From: Guillardia theta CCMP2712
Lineage: Eukaryota; Protista; Cryptophyta
Assembly (NCBI RefSeq): GCF_000315625.1
Contig: NW_005434641.1
Span: 139,113 to 203,112, forward strand
DNA length: 64,000 nt
Direction of reading: 5' to 3'
Shown piece after piece: positions 42,986-54,699 of this stretch (its first letter is position 1; every line of letters begins with the position of its first letter). A program made the translations under genes and the position numbers. The notes below the pieces were generated by a model. It did not search any database and was not told where the DNA came from. It saw only the letters and a list, made by a program, of their open reading frames with translations.

Positions 42986-45430
42986 TCACAAGCCTCGAAG
43001 CTTCCTCTGAGCCATGCGCATGTCAATCCCAAGGTCGCTCAGATCCTTCTCCATGGCTTGCAGAAGCAAACCTTGCTCATGCGGAGACACTTGAGATCGT
43101 AAGAAGGAGCTCAGCTCGTTCAGCCTTCGACGATTTTGAATGTTCTGGACAACGTCAAACGTCGCGAAGACATCTCGAGACTCATTCAATCGACAGCTCG
43201 CAACGTGCTGATGTGCATCTTCTCCGCAGTCCTGCATGCAAAAGGCACAAAATGCACAGCGGCAAGAAGAGCATGTCAGCGCACAACAGCCGTCGAAGTC
43301 GACGAACGCCATGGAGCATCGCGGGCACTTGAGCGTCAAGATGTCTTCTACGATTCGCTGTCTGAGCTTCAGTATGTTCGAGTCTTTGGCTTCCTTTACG
43401 GCCCTCAGAGCCTCTTGATGCGTCCGATCCTGTTCGCGCAAGGCTTCTCTGACCAGTACCCCTTCTCGTGCCTTCAAGTATGCTTCGAAGGCCTCGGCAG
43501 ACAAGTGCTGAGCCCCCTCTTTGACATCGAAGATCGTGAAGTCTTGACATTGACGGCATCTCACGAACAGACCGCTGTTGTCAAAGTCTGCTGCATTGTT
43601 GGGAGAGCACTGCTCGATGACTTCATGGTTCAGGCAATCTGAGCACAGAAAGTGCTCGTTGTTAAGACATCGCAATCCTTCATTGGATTGAAACTCGTCC
43701 CAACAGACGGTGCATACCTGCTTTGATTTGGCACCTTGTGGAACACGGCGTTCCAGAGTTTGTATCACATTCCTGTGTTGCAGCAACTGATTCTCAACAG
43801 CTTTCAACACATCGTCATCTATCTGCAGGGCCTCCGTCTTCTTGAGAATCGAATGCAGCCTTGCCTCTCCGTCATCGCATGCGCAGTACAATGCCTCGAT
43901 GCTTCTCAATTCATGGAGCACGGAGAGTACGGAGGACAAACGCTTGGGATACTTGTCAACAGCAAGAAAACAGAGGCCTTGCAACTTCTCGATGCAACCT
44001 GCATCCCATGAACCGGCTCGACTATCAGCCAAGATCGGCTCTTCCTCCTCGAAGTATTTATCATACAAGTTGATGTCCTGGTTTTGAATCTTTCCAGTGA
44101 GCATCTCGAGCAGCACGATGCCGAGAGAGAAAACCTCACACTTGGCATCGAAGTCGATCCCTCCTCGGCTGTAACGGGGACACATGTACCCAGGAGTGCC
44201 GACTGGCAGGTTGCAGGTGGATGTGACAGTGAGCGAACTTCTGTCTACTCCGACAAACTTGGCGAGCCCGCAGTCGATGAGCTTCGGAGAAAGACTCGAT
44301 GTGAGTACAACATTGTCACTCTTCACATCCCGGTGAAACACAGGCTTCGCGTCGTGAGAATGTAAGTAGTTGATCGCCTTTGCCAGTCCACAGCTGATCT
44401 GAATTCGTAACTTCCAAGTCAGTTCCTTCGAGAGATTGTCGTCCTTTAGATTTTGAGCAAGAGAGCCCCTCGCTCCCAGCTCATACACCAGGCAAACATG
44501 TGCGGGGCGTCCACGTTCCCCAGCATCTTCAGCATGATCCACAGAATAACCGATCAGTCTGATAATGTGTGGATGTCGAAAGCGGCTCAAGACGCTGATC
44601 TCTTTCTTCATGTGCTTGTCACCATGGTCGGCAAGAACATCTCGATTCAGCATCTTCACAGCAACAATTCCTCTGAAGGGTCGGACGGTGAGCAATGAGT
44701 CGACCACCCCCTTGTACACCTTGCCGAAGGCTCCTTCTCCCAAGACTCTGTCTTCGCTGAAGCCATCCGTCCACTTCTGAACACAAGGAAGAGGGATGAC
44801 TGCTACTCGATCGTTCAAAACATCTTCTACCAGCTCCTTCTCCAAGGTCTCAGTCACGCTGGGCTCTTGCTGCTCTGCTACTCCACAACCCCTGCATGCC
44901 TCGATGTTCTTTCGCTGTTCGTTCACTCTCGCTTCAATTTCCTTTCGCCTCTCTTTCTCTGGACGATCGTTTGATCCGATGGCCTCCTTCCCACCTTCGT
45001 TCCGAACTCCGATCGCATCCTTCAAAACTTGTGGTGCATTCTGGCGCTCCTGACGCCCTTGTCTCTGGACGTGACCCTGTCGCATCTCCCGCACTCGCTC
45101 TCTTTCATGCTCTGCTCCTTGCCGTTCACGTTCTCTCCTGCCTTTGCAGAAACTGCATGCATACTTTTCGTAACTTCCATCCACCCATCCATGTCTTTGC
45201 TGAGACACGTCGGCACAATTGCAGCACCAGTAATCCGTGGGGTCCTTGGAAACCTTTACACCATTGCAGTACACATCACCCCCTCTTCTTCGGAAACCCC
45301 ATGTACACCCCAGCTCTACATCAGCTGGAATATGAGAACCCATTCCCCAGTTGACACGACAACCACACGTTCTGCCAGGATCTTTGTTGTACGCATTGTA
45401 GATCTTGCAATGGATCATAGCGTGGGGAGC
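42986..45430 (-). CDS. IRAK/Pelle (RLK-type) Ser/Thr kinase fused to RING1 and Rcat (RBR-type) ubiquitin-ligase domains, Cys-rich N-terminus; 5' end probably incomplete
   Basis: TDGFSEDRVLGEGAFGKVYKG, VAVKML, LTWKLRIQI, HRDVKSDNVVL, GTPGYMCP; RING CTVC..C..HFLCSDC..CRQC; Rcat CPRC..DFDGCCALTC..C..FCAFC; in-frame acceptor TCTCCAG| at 45430. Confidence 0.92.
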   Translation of the reverse strand, partial: APHAMIHCKIYNAYNKDPGRTCGCRVNWGMGSHIPADVELGCTWGFRRRGGDVYCNGVKVSKDPTDYWCCNCADVSQQRHGWVDGSYEKYACSFCKGRRERERQGAEHERERVREMRQGHVQRQGRQERQNAPQVLKDAIGVRNEGGKEAIGSNDRPEKERRKEIEARVNEQRKNIEACRGCGVAEQQEPSVTETLEKELVEDVLNDRVAVIPLPCVQKWTDGFSEDRVLGEGAFGKVYKGVVDSLLTVRPFRGIVAVKMLNRDVLADHGDKHMKKEISVLSRFRHPHIIRLIGYSVDHAEDAGERGRPAHVCLVYELGARGSLAQNLKDDNLSKELTWKLRIQISCGLAKAINYLHSHDAKPVFHRDVKSDNVVLTSSLSPKLIDCGLAKFVGVDRSSLTVTSTCNLPVGTPGYMCPRYSRGGIDFDAKCEVFSLGIVLLEMLTGKIQNQDINLYDKYFEEEEPILADSRAGSWDAGCIEKLQGLCFLAVDKYPKRLSSVLSVLHELRSIEALYCACDDGEARLHSILKKTEALQIDDDVLKAVENQLLQHRNVIQTLERRVPQGAKSKQVCTVCWDEFQSNEGLRCLNNEHFLCSDCLNHEVIEQCSPNNAADFDNSGLFVRCRQCQDFTIFDVKEGAQHLSAEAFEAYLKAREGVLVREALREQDRTHQEALRAVKEAKDSNILKLRQRIVEDILTLKCPRCSMAFVDFDGCCALTCSSCRCAFCAFCMQDCGEDAHQHVASCRLNESRDVFATFDVVQNIQNRRRLNELSSFLRSQVSPHEQGLLLQAMEKDLSDLGIDMRMAQRKLRGL

Positions 45431-45463
45431 CTGGAGAATGCAGACGAAGACTCTCAGGTTCTC

Positions 45464-45563
45464 NNNNNNNNNNNNNNNNNNNNNNNNNNNNNNNNNNNNN
45501 NNNNNNNNNNNNNNNNNNNNNNNNNNNNNNNNNNNNNNNNNNNNNNNNNNNNNNNNNNNNNNN
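45464..45563. other. Assembly gap (100 N)
   Basis: N run. Confidence 0.99.
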
Positions 45564-46141
45564 ACGTGGTAGAAAAAAGTGGTGGTGGTGGTGGTGGTGA
45601 GGAGGAGGAGGAGGAGGAGGAGGAGGAGGGAGGAGCTTCCCAGCTAACTTCTTCTATTAGGATGAACACGCTCGCGAGGTCGCATTAGTAATAAAAAGGT
45701 TTAATTAAACAGTACTGCACTCTTATATAATATACCAGGTCTTCTACAATGTTTGCAGTTTTCAATAATATTTTTAAAAACTGATATACATTTCAAAAAA
45801 ATTAATTGGGAATTTACACGCACATTTGTACCACTTTGTATCTGATAATATAAAAAGTTTCAAAATAACATCTTTTTTAATTTTAAAACTACCTTGTCGC
45901 ATTGCCTTGAAAGGTGGGTTTTTAATTGAATCAAATCGAAAGATTTTTGATTTAATCGTAGTTCTACCTGAATCTCTTCGATTCGATCTGATTCATCCAG
46001 GGGGTTTGCCATGGTCGGCCCGCTTCGCAGGATGGCGATGGCGGTGGCAGGCAGAGGGATGAAAGCGGAAAGTTTTGGGAGAGGGAGAGGGAAAGTGAGG
46101 GAAGAAGCAAGAGAAGAAGCAGTTTGAGGGAAGGGGAGGAC

Positions 46142-48520
46142 ATGAAGGGAATGAAGCGGCAGGATTGGATGAGGTTGGCAATATGCGCCTTTGTTGTGTT
46201 TTGCAAGGCAGAGAGACACGAGAGGGTTACAGCTTCGCTTGAATGTCATGCTGTGATAGTGTACATGAATCAGCGTCAAATGCGCAAAAATGCAAAGAAG
46301 AATGTGGATAGCTTGATGGCCAAATCGGTTTTGTCCTTCTTGTTCACTTGGCCAAGTTTGCGTTAGGACGAAACATAGCATATCAGTCAGTCTAGCGGGC
46401 CTCTGCCGACTTGCATCGTCCTTTGTTGATTCATGACTGATTTGGTCGCAGGATGACGCGTCTTGTTGTAAAACAGCATGTCGTGAGTAAGAACAGCAGC
46501 AATGGCAGCAGCACTGGCAGCAGCAGCAACAACAATAGCAACAACCATCATGCAAGCAACCAGAATAGATCTAACTCGAGAAACAACTCACCCACCATCT
46601 GGAGGAATGTGCATGAGGGAAGCAGGCAGAATGTATTCGAGAACTCAACGTTGGGCGCTCCAGGGGATGACACGACAAGTTTCATCGCCCCAGCAAGGAG
46701 CTATGGAGAACTCAGTGAAATGTGTGGCCATGAGGCAAGAGAGGACGAGAAAGAACTGGCGGGCGTTGTTTCACATGAAAACTGGAGGGATACGTCGACC
46801 ATCGAGAGGAAGCAGTTTGGACTGGGGCCGTCTCACTCCCCTGCGGCAGCCAAGACGTCTCATGAGGATTGCTCAGAGGACGAGTATAACTCAGCTGTAA
46901 GATGGCTGCAGTTGTGCATCTGTTGTGTGTGTATATCTGATGTTGGATGCTCCAGGATGAAGCGTGCAATGACTGTGGGAGGAGAGGAGACAACTTGAGC
47001 GAGGGTGCTTCGCGTTCCTTGTGGTTGATCCCGTTGTTGACCTCAAAAGCAGAGGAGCTGGAGAATATTTTGTGGAAGGAGAAAGGATTCAAGATCCGAC
47101 GGATGAAGGAAGTGAGTCTAGCAGCGCATTCTCCTTCTGTCGTGATCCTCGATTTGCAATTGAGCCTTGTGATAGGACGGAAACTGTCTCTTCCGTGCGA
47201 TCTCCGACCAGGTCCTTGCTCTCAAGTTTACATGGTGCTCCTTGGCTGACAACGAGACGCGCAGGTGTACGGGGACCCTGAGATGCACGAAGAGGTCTCG
47301 TGGAATCTCTGAGATGAAACTTCCTGATGTTTCATGCCATGATCAGGTTCGGGAACTCTGCATGGATTATCTCGTTGCGGAGAGAGGCCACTTTTCACAG
47401 TTTGTGACACAGGATTTCGATGAGGTGACTGTCAATTCTCCTCAGGCCTCTCTTGCCAGCTGAAGTCTGTGATGCAGTATGTACGAAGGAAGAGGAATGA
47501 CAAGGAGTTTGGAAACAATTTGGAGATGCAGGTCTTTTCCTTTCCTTCCCGCTGCCCGTGGTACTGATATGTTTCAAGGCCTTGTCTGAGATCTACAATC
47601 GTCCGATTGAGGTCAGAGAACGAATCTGAAAATCCTCTGTTGATCTCCTCATTGTCCCTCTGCGTTTGAAGACTTCTGCGCCTGCTTCTCGTGTTCCCCC
47701 TCACTCTCCCACTCTAGGTTTATCGTGGATCGGCGGTACCCATGAAGATCTTTCATGAGGGATACGGAAGCGGCAGCGCCCCTCTCCGTCTAAGTTACCA
47801 CCGAGGAAACCATTATAACAGTGTCATCGACCCCAAAGGTAAAGTCGTAGGAGCTACCCCCCTCCCCTCCTCCCTCCTGCCCGAGCCTTAACATGATTGC
47901 TCCTCGGTCGGTGATCCATTTTCGTGACCTGTTGTTGCTTCAGAGCACACCGTTGGCGTTGGCCTCGGCCTTCCTGGTTACGAGACGAGGAATCCTGTCA
48001 ACGAGAGGATAGAGGAAGAGTTCGAGAAGGTGAGGAGAAGGAAACTGTTGCTTGGCGATCGAAGCTTGCGATGGTTTTTAGCACGCTGAACTTCCTCTGC
48101 AGTTTGCGTTGAGGGAATCAGAAGCGGATGAAATGGAGGTATAACCCTCTCCTCCTCCCCTCGTCCCATTCTTCTTCTTTACTGCCTCCTCCTTCTCTGA
48201 AACTTCACAGGCTGCTCTGCTTGAGTCGACCCTCCGTGCGAGCCGGGAGACATGGGAGGACGCGGAGATCCAGAAACAACTGGACGAGGTACGTTGGAGG
48301 GAGGAGCGGAGGAGGGAGGAATGGAGCGGAGGTGGCGGGCGGCTTGAAGGAGAGCACTGAGATGATCGTGGCAGCTCGGATTCATGCAGAGCAGACTTGA
48401 AGAATCGCCGTACTCAAGGTAGGCAGTCTCAGCCTCATTGCGGTTCTTGACAAGCTTCAAGGATGTTCTTTCAGGGCGGCGGCGGCAGTGGAGGAGCTGC
48501 TGCGGGAAGAGATTCATAGG
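46142..48520 (+). CDS. OTU-domain deubiquitinase, OTUD5-like; multi-exon, ends approximate
   Basis: Spliced KGFKIRRMKE|DGNCLFRAISDQ, FSQFVTQDF, GNNLEMQ|ALSEIYNRPIE, LRLSYHRGNHYNSVIDP, TVGVGLGLP. Confidence 0.92.
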
Positions 48521-48679
48521 AGGAAGACTGTTTCTGTACACTAAAATCCCAAGAAGAGAAGTGCTATACGCTCCTGGCACCCTTGCTAGGAGCAGCGGGA
48601 AGTGGGCGGAGAACAAGGGGAGATGGAGAGGGGTGGGGAGAGGGGGTACTAGAGAGGAGGGACGACCAGGATGGACTTG

Positions 48680-51600
48680 CTAGCTGAAGGCGAGGAGTTG
48701 TGAGCGAATTCCACTGAGCCAGCCGCGTTGACGAGCTGAAAGTCCTTGGACGTCGACGAGGACGCGGCCTTCCTCGAGCTCTTGTACAGCATCATACCTG
48801 CAGGAACCAATGAGGAGCAGGAGGAGCAGGAAGAGGAAGAGAGAAGAAGAGCGCAGGGAAGATGATGCGTCTTACCACTCGTCCAGAGCAGCGAGGTAGG
48901 AGGCAGCAACGCCCATCAGGCCATATCCCTGAAGGAGATGCGTGAGGGGGAAGAGGAGGCGCAGGCAGGAAGAGCTCCACCTCCTCGTTGGTCAGATCGA
49001 CGAGATGCTCGTAGACGGAGATGCGAACAGGATCTGCAAATTGAAGAGCGATGGTGCCTGCGAGCTAGTGAGACTGGGAGAGGAGAGGAGAGCAAGCGAG
49101 AGAGAGAAAAGGTGGTGGGGGAAGGAAGGGAGAGAGGGAGAGACAGTGACAGACAGACATAGACAGAGAGAGAGGAGCGCAGAAGACGGCAGAGGAAGAG
49201 AGGTAATGAGAAAGGAGCGCGGAAGGAGGAGGAGGAGGAGGAGGAGGAGGAGGAGAGAAGGTACCGAGAGCATGGACTGCGAGATGTCTTGTCTCCAGTC
49301 TCTCAAAGGCTGCTGCATGCTTGAGATGCTGCAGGACGAGCTGCTCACCCGACGCTCATCAGTTTGAGACAAGGTTAAGTGCAGAGCAGGAGGAGGAGCA
49401 GGAGCAGGAGCAGGAGCAGTTACCTGCCAGGTCGCCATCCCCGTCTCGGGATCCACCTCTTCGTCAGCCCTCAGTCCCGAAGCCTTTGAGGGTGTTGCTT
49501 CCCCTTCCCCCTGGGCCTCCTCCCAAGTACAGAGGAGGAGAGGAGCGAGCCGACCGAGGGACCAGATGGCGATGCGATCGATCTCTTGAAGCTTCAGCAT
49601 CTCTCCTCGAGGACAGCTTCTCTCCCTCAGGCTCAGCATCCCCTGCGTTGCCTGTCAGTCAAGTTCATTCCTTCCTGCAGCTGGACCTTGACGATCTTCC
49701 TCCTCCAGCCCTCCAGCATGGGCCGCATGCTCGCAAGCGCCTTCCAGCACTGAGCAGAGGGGGTCAGCCGGTTGCAAGGAAGGGGACGAGGAGAAGAGAG
49801 CAACGGATAGAAGGGCGAGGGAGGTGAAGGAAGGACGGGAGGGTGGGGGCAAGGAAGAGAAAGCTCACGTCTGCGAGAAGGATAGGATCCAAACGACCGG
49901 CAGCTTCTTCCGGACACCTGGTGGTGAGCTATGTGGAGTTTAGAGCGAAGCTGAAAGAGGAGGAGGAGGGTCTGGTGAGGATTGGGGGCACTTAGAGGAT
50001 GAAAGGAGAGAGAGGAGAGGAAGGAAGAAGCAAGAGGGAGTGTGGAGGAGTCTGGACCTCGAGAAGGATGGGAGCGAAGGATGGTAATTTCTTGGTCTTC
50101 TTCAGCAACTCGTTCAGCACCTGGCTGATCATCTCCTTTGGGAAAAAATGCTTCGCCCCTCCCGCCTTCCCCTCGTCTGCCACCACGCTTGACTGCTTGT
50201 CGGCCTCGACATTGCGAATTTGGAGGAGAAAGTTGCTGGTGAGTTCTTGATGGGGCAACAGCCACACAAGGACGCACATGGCCTGGTGAAGAAGATGAGA
50301 AGGATGAACAGAGGAAGGAGGAGATGAAGGAAGAGAGCACAAGGAGGGAGTGAGGGGCGGAGGGACGGATGGAGGGAGGAGGAGAAAGGTAGGAAGGACG
50401 TCAGGCAGGATTACCCTGCAGGCAACGCACCTGGCATCGAAGAAAGGAGCAGCGAGAGAAGAGGAGGTGCGTGCACGTGGTTCGAATCTCCCCCGTAAGT
50501 TCGGGTCTGGACGCCTACCAGGTCAGCACGGTCAGCTCGCCTCCGCCTGACACTCCAGCTGCTGCCCTACCAGCATCTCGATGTTGTCGCACAGGAAGCC
50601 CTTGAGGTACCGGCAGGCGGCCTGTCAAGCAGCTCTGAGCTGAAGCCTCCTCCCAACTCCCTCTGTCCTTCTTGTCAGCTCACCGTCTGCTGGGGGATGC
50701 GGTTGGACCTCAACATCTGGTCGAACCGCTTCATGACAGCTGGATCGCCACAGTCAGCTAAAGGCGTTGGGTCAGGCTAAGGGCCACCTGTGATCGAGTT
50801 TGAGGGGAACTCCTTGAAGTCGAAGGCCTGACATTGACCGTAAGAGATCGAGTAGAAGGAGAGCGAGAAAGTCAGGGGGAGAAGGAGGGGGGAAAAGAGG
50901 GGGGGGGGGGGGGGCGGGGATGGCAAAGGCAGCTGGGAAGGAGGAGAGAAGAAGGTGAAAGTTGAGATCGCATGGGAGCAGGAGCTTCGCCAGGCACCTG
51001 CAGAAGCTCTAGGAAGATGCGGTCAGACGGGATGTCAGCGACACCCTGAAGGATCTGCTGGGCAGTTTGCGCGATCTCCCTCACGATGCCCCCTGCCTTC
51101 TCCTCCTGCGCAGGAGCGACGTCTCCTCCTCCCTGCACCGTCTTGCTCCACCTGATCAGCCGGACAAGGAACACGCCGCAGGAGGAGTCGCTGAGAATCA
51201 GCTGAAAGGGGGTGAGCTGAGAGAACAGAGGATGGAGAAGGAGCACCTTGACGTGCGCTGGGTTGGAGAGAACTTCCAGCAGGCTGCTCAGCACGGAGAT
51301 GGCATGCACTGGAGCCATCTCGAGCATGAGCGCAAGGACGTGCCGCAAGATCATGACGTCGTGAAAGCGCCAGCCAGCGAGCACGATCTACTCACATGCG
51401 ATCATCCTCCCCATGTTGAGGGGGAAAGGTAGAAGAATTGGAGGAGAGAGACAAGGCAAGGAATTAAAATGCAGGGAGGGAGGAGGGAGGAGGGAGGAGG
51501 GAGGAGGGAGGAGGGAGGAGGGAGGAGGGAGGAGGGAGGAGGGAGGAGGACAGGGAAAGTAATACACATGTTTCACAAGGGCGGCGGGGAATTTTCACCT

Positions 51601-52834
51601 GAGCTGGAGCTGATCTTGTTCGTCCGCACGCTCGGATACCGCTGTAAAGTGAGGCAGCCAGAGCAAACCTCTCCTGCCAGCTGGAATCAGCCGTTGGTCG
51701 GAGGAGGATCGCAAGGAATCGAAGGCCCGCCCCCTCCATCACGCACGCCTCCCTCCTCACGATCAAGCTGACTGCTAATGCTGGTGCTCACACAGCCCCA
51801 CATCGCATCATGTCGACATATTGGGACGGACGAAAACACCTCGAACCCAGACTCACCTGACTGCTCGAGTCGTCCTTCACAGAGAAACGCTTGAGGGCTC
51901 CCAGGATCGACATCCTGCTTCGAGGGTCAGCTGCCTTTGGAGTTGAACGGCAGGGTCAAAGTTCCTGTTCCTTCCCGATTGCTTCGTGCCAGATTCTGCT
52001 GCTGATTGTGAGAGGAGAATCTGACAGCAGGTCAGTCACCCTCGTCATGTCTGCTGAGATGAAATCACCTTCTCGAGCTGCTCTGCTAGCATCGTCACGA
52101 CATGTCCTTCAGCCCCCCCGTGCCGCGCCAGACATCCCATGCTGCGATAGCTCGCCATTCGCTGAGGAGCCGACTTTGAGGAGCTGCTACCTCGCTCGAT
52201 GACACTCAGAACCTGAACATGTCAAGTCAAGACGGTGCCACCACAACCTTCTTCTCACTTGGTTGGCTTGATCGGGGAATTCTTCGACGTATCGGCACAA
52301 CAAGAAGTGAAGCAGTCGGAGAACTTTGCGCTCATCCTTGCTGGAGATCTTCGCACAGTCAGCAAGTGAGCACGAGAGAGGCTCCTTACCTTATCCTCCT
52401 CATTGAGTTGCGACAGTAGGAGGATAAGGAGGGACCCACTGCTGCCGGAGGGTCTGAAGAAGGTGAGATCCTTCAGAGCATGTTTCGCCTTAGAGCCTAT
52501 CTTCTTGTCGTTGCAACATTCCCGCAGGGTAGCCACGACAGATCCATACTGAGACTTGGCCTTTGACTGGCAACATACAGTCAGAAACTGATACATGGGG
52601 CCATGGCCCGGTGACGAGGGGCGAGTGAAGGAGTATAGTAAGTGGAGGGGATCATGTTTGAAGAACAGACGACGGATTGACCTGGATGTAACTGTTGATC
52701 TCTGTCAAGTCCGGTACATCTGAATCGAAGGATTTGGACGAGTCACCCCTCTTCGGTGACTGATGCCCAAGGCGAGGCGACGGCATGAAGATGTTCATGC
52801 TCCACCCTCCTTGGCGTGTATCTTGCTTGGCCAT
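48680..52834 (-). CDS. Large multi-exon hypothetical protein, probably alpha-solenoid
   Basis: Many Leu-rich helical exon pieces (ORFs 52652..52834, 52255..52596, 51464..51766, 50872..51384, 49992..50342) joined by GT-AG introns; family not recognised. Confidence 0.55.
51474..51550. repeat. Heptamer tandem repeat (GGGAGGA)n in an intron
   Basis: About 10 copies visible. Confidence 0.9.
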
Positions 52835-53260
52835 GTCTCGCTCAACAAGAGAGATGCAGGATCAGCCCGTGACGATCATCCAACGTCGCTCTCAACACAT
52901 CAGTCCCGCCTGCAGTGTAAGATATCAACATCGCTCACCCTGTTCCTCTTTTTCGCCCGAAATTTCTCTCCTTGTCTATGATCTCCACACATCCGTCCTC
53001 GTTCTCCTCCACTGACTCCTCTCTCCTGGACGCACTTCTGCTTTCTTCTCATCACAACTCTGTCTTCATCCTCTTCTCCCTCCCTCAGCTACTCTTCTCT
53101 CCCACTCGGTTCCCTGTGCGCCCCGGGCATTTCATCGAAATCCCATATGATTGCGAGGCGGGCCATTGTTCACTCTGAGGCGAACCTGAATCAATATGGA
53201 GCAGAGCGGGGAGGTGGACCACTGGGAGGCGCCCCTTCATGCAGTCAGCGTAAGATCGGG

Positions 53261-54525
53261 ATGGGCGGAAGGAGGAGGAGGCTTGTCTCAGCGCTTCCTC
53301 TCTCTCTCTCCCTCTTGCTTTTCGCATGTGCCAGCTGGATCTCCCAACGGGATGAGCGCGTCACTTCACTCGGGGCAAACTCAGGTGACCCTCCCCGTCT
53401 CCCTCCCCATCCCCCTTGTTCCGCCGCTGGCATGCAGATTGACTGCGGACTCAGCACCATGGTACTACCCGGCACGTAGCCAGAGCACAGCTGGCCTGAT
53501 GCCCGGTGCAGAGCAGTACTACAACCCGGACGTCGATCCTAAGGAAGCTGAAGCGGCGATCGGGTCTCCGTCGCAGATGCAGGACATGTATTGGCCCAAT
53601 AGCGATGAACTTCGACTGACTGAGTTCCCCCAGCCTACAGAGAATGACGAGGGAACTAACGACGGACACCATGGAGATTGCGAACCTAGATCATCGAATC
53701 GCCATCGTCAGAGCCAATAACAAGTTCCTCGCTGTAATGCAGCGAGTGCCCTGCCCCACGGATTCCTTACCTGCGGTCACAGGACAAGTACCAAGGACTG
53801 CTCAACCTGCAGGTCAAACGCGGTCCTCCTGGTCCGCAGGGGATGCCTGGTCCGGGATTTCCAGGTAGGATCTTCCCATTTCTTCACCATTCGCCTCCTT
53901 GTCCCTTGCTTTCGCTCATCTCCCTGAAGCTGGATTTCCTTTCAACAAGATTCCTTTTTGACTCTGGATGCTTCAGGGTTGCCTGGGCCGCCGGGTGAGA
54001 AAGGACCACCCGGCAAGGCAGGGAAGGAAGGGGCTCCTGGAGAGGAGAGTGGGGAGTCAGGTCCGCCAGGGCCTCCAGGAGAAGAGGGAGCGCCGGAGGC
54101 AGGTAGGACAAGATCGAGTTGGATGGGCGGCATCTGAGGGGTTGCTGCTGCTCCAGTGTGACTGAGAGACTGTGTGTGTGCTGCAGAAGGCGAACCTGCT
54201 GAGGAGTCGTTGTCTTCAGCAAGAGGGAAAGTGTTGTTGCGACTGAAGTCGAAGAGACAAGCTCTGGTGAAGGAGATCCAGGCGGCAGGGCGCTACCGCG
54301 ATCAGATGAACGACATTCAGAGCTACAACATTATTCATCCAACAAGCTTCAGGTGTGTTCGGTTGCTAAGAGGAGCGGATTTTCTAGAAGTCAAACACTC
54401 TGGTGGCTGACGTTGGCTGCAGGCGGAACGAAGCAAACAAACGAGTGATTGAAAGCAAGGCTCCTCCTCCTTACTGGACAAAGGAAGGAATCGAGATGGT
54501 TCCTGTCTTTGTTCCAGACAAATGA
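53261..54525 (+). CDS. Membrane-anchored or secreted protein with a short collagen-like Gly-X-Y domain
   Basis: N-terminal RRRR plus hydrophobic anchor; GPPGPQGMPG and GLPGPPGEKGPPGKAGKEGAPG...GPPGPPGEEGAP exons; stop at 54525. Confidence 0.7.
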
Positions 54526-54699
54526 GCGTGAAAGGAGATCATGTGATTCATGTGCAGAATAATTGGGATAACAAACAACTATATGATGTCATTTTGCCTG
54601 TTAGTGTACACTGGTCGGTCATAATGTTTTCACGTCACCTCCTCGTGCTCTGTGCAAGGATGAAACATTCAGACCGAGAAAGTTGGGAGAAATGATCTG

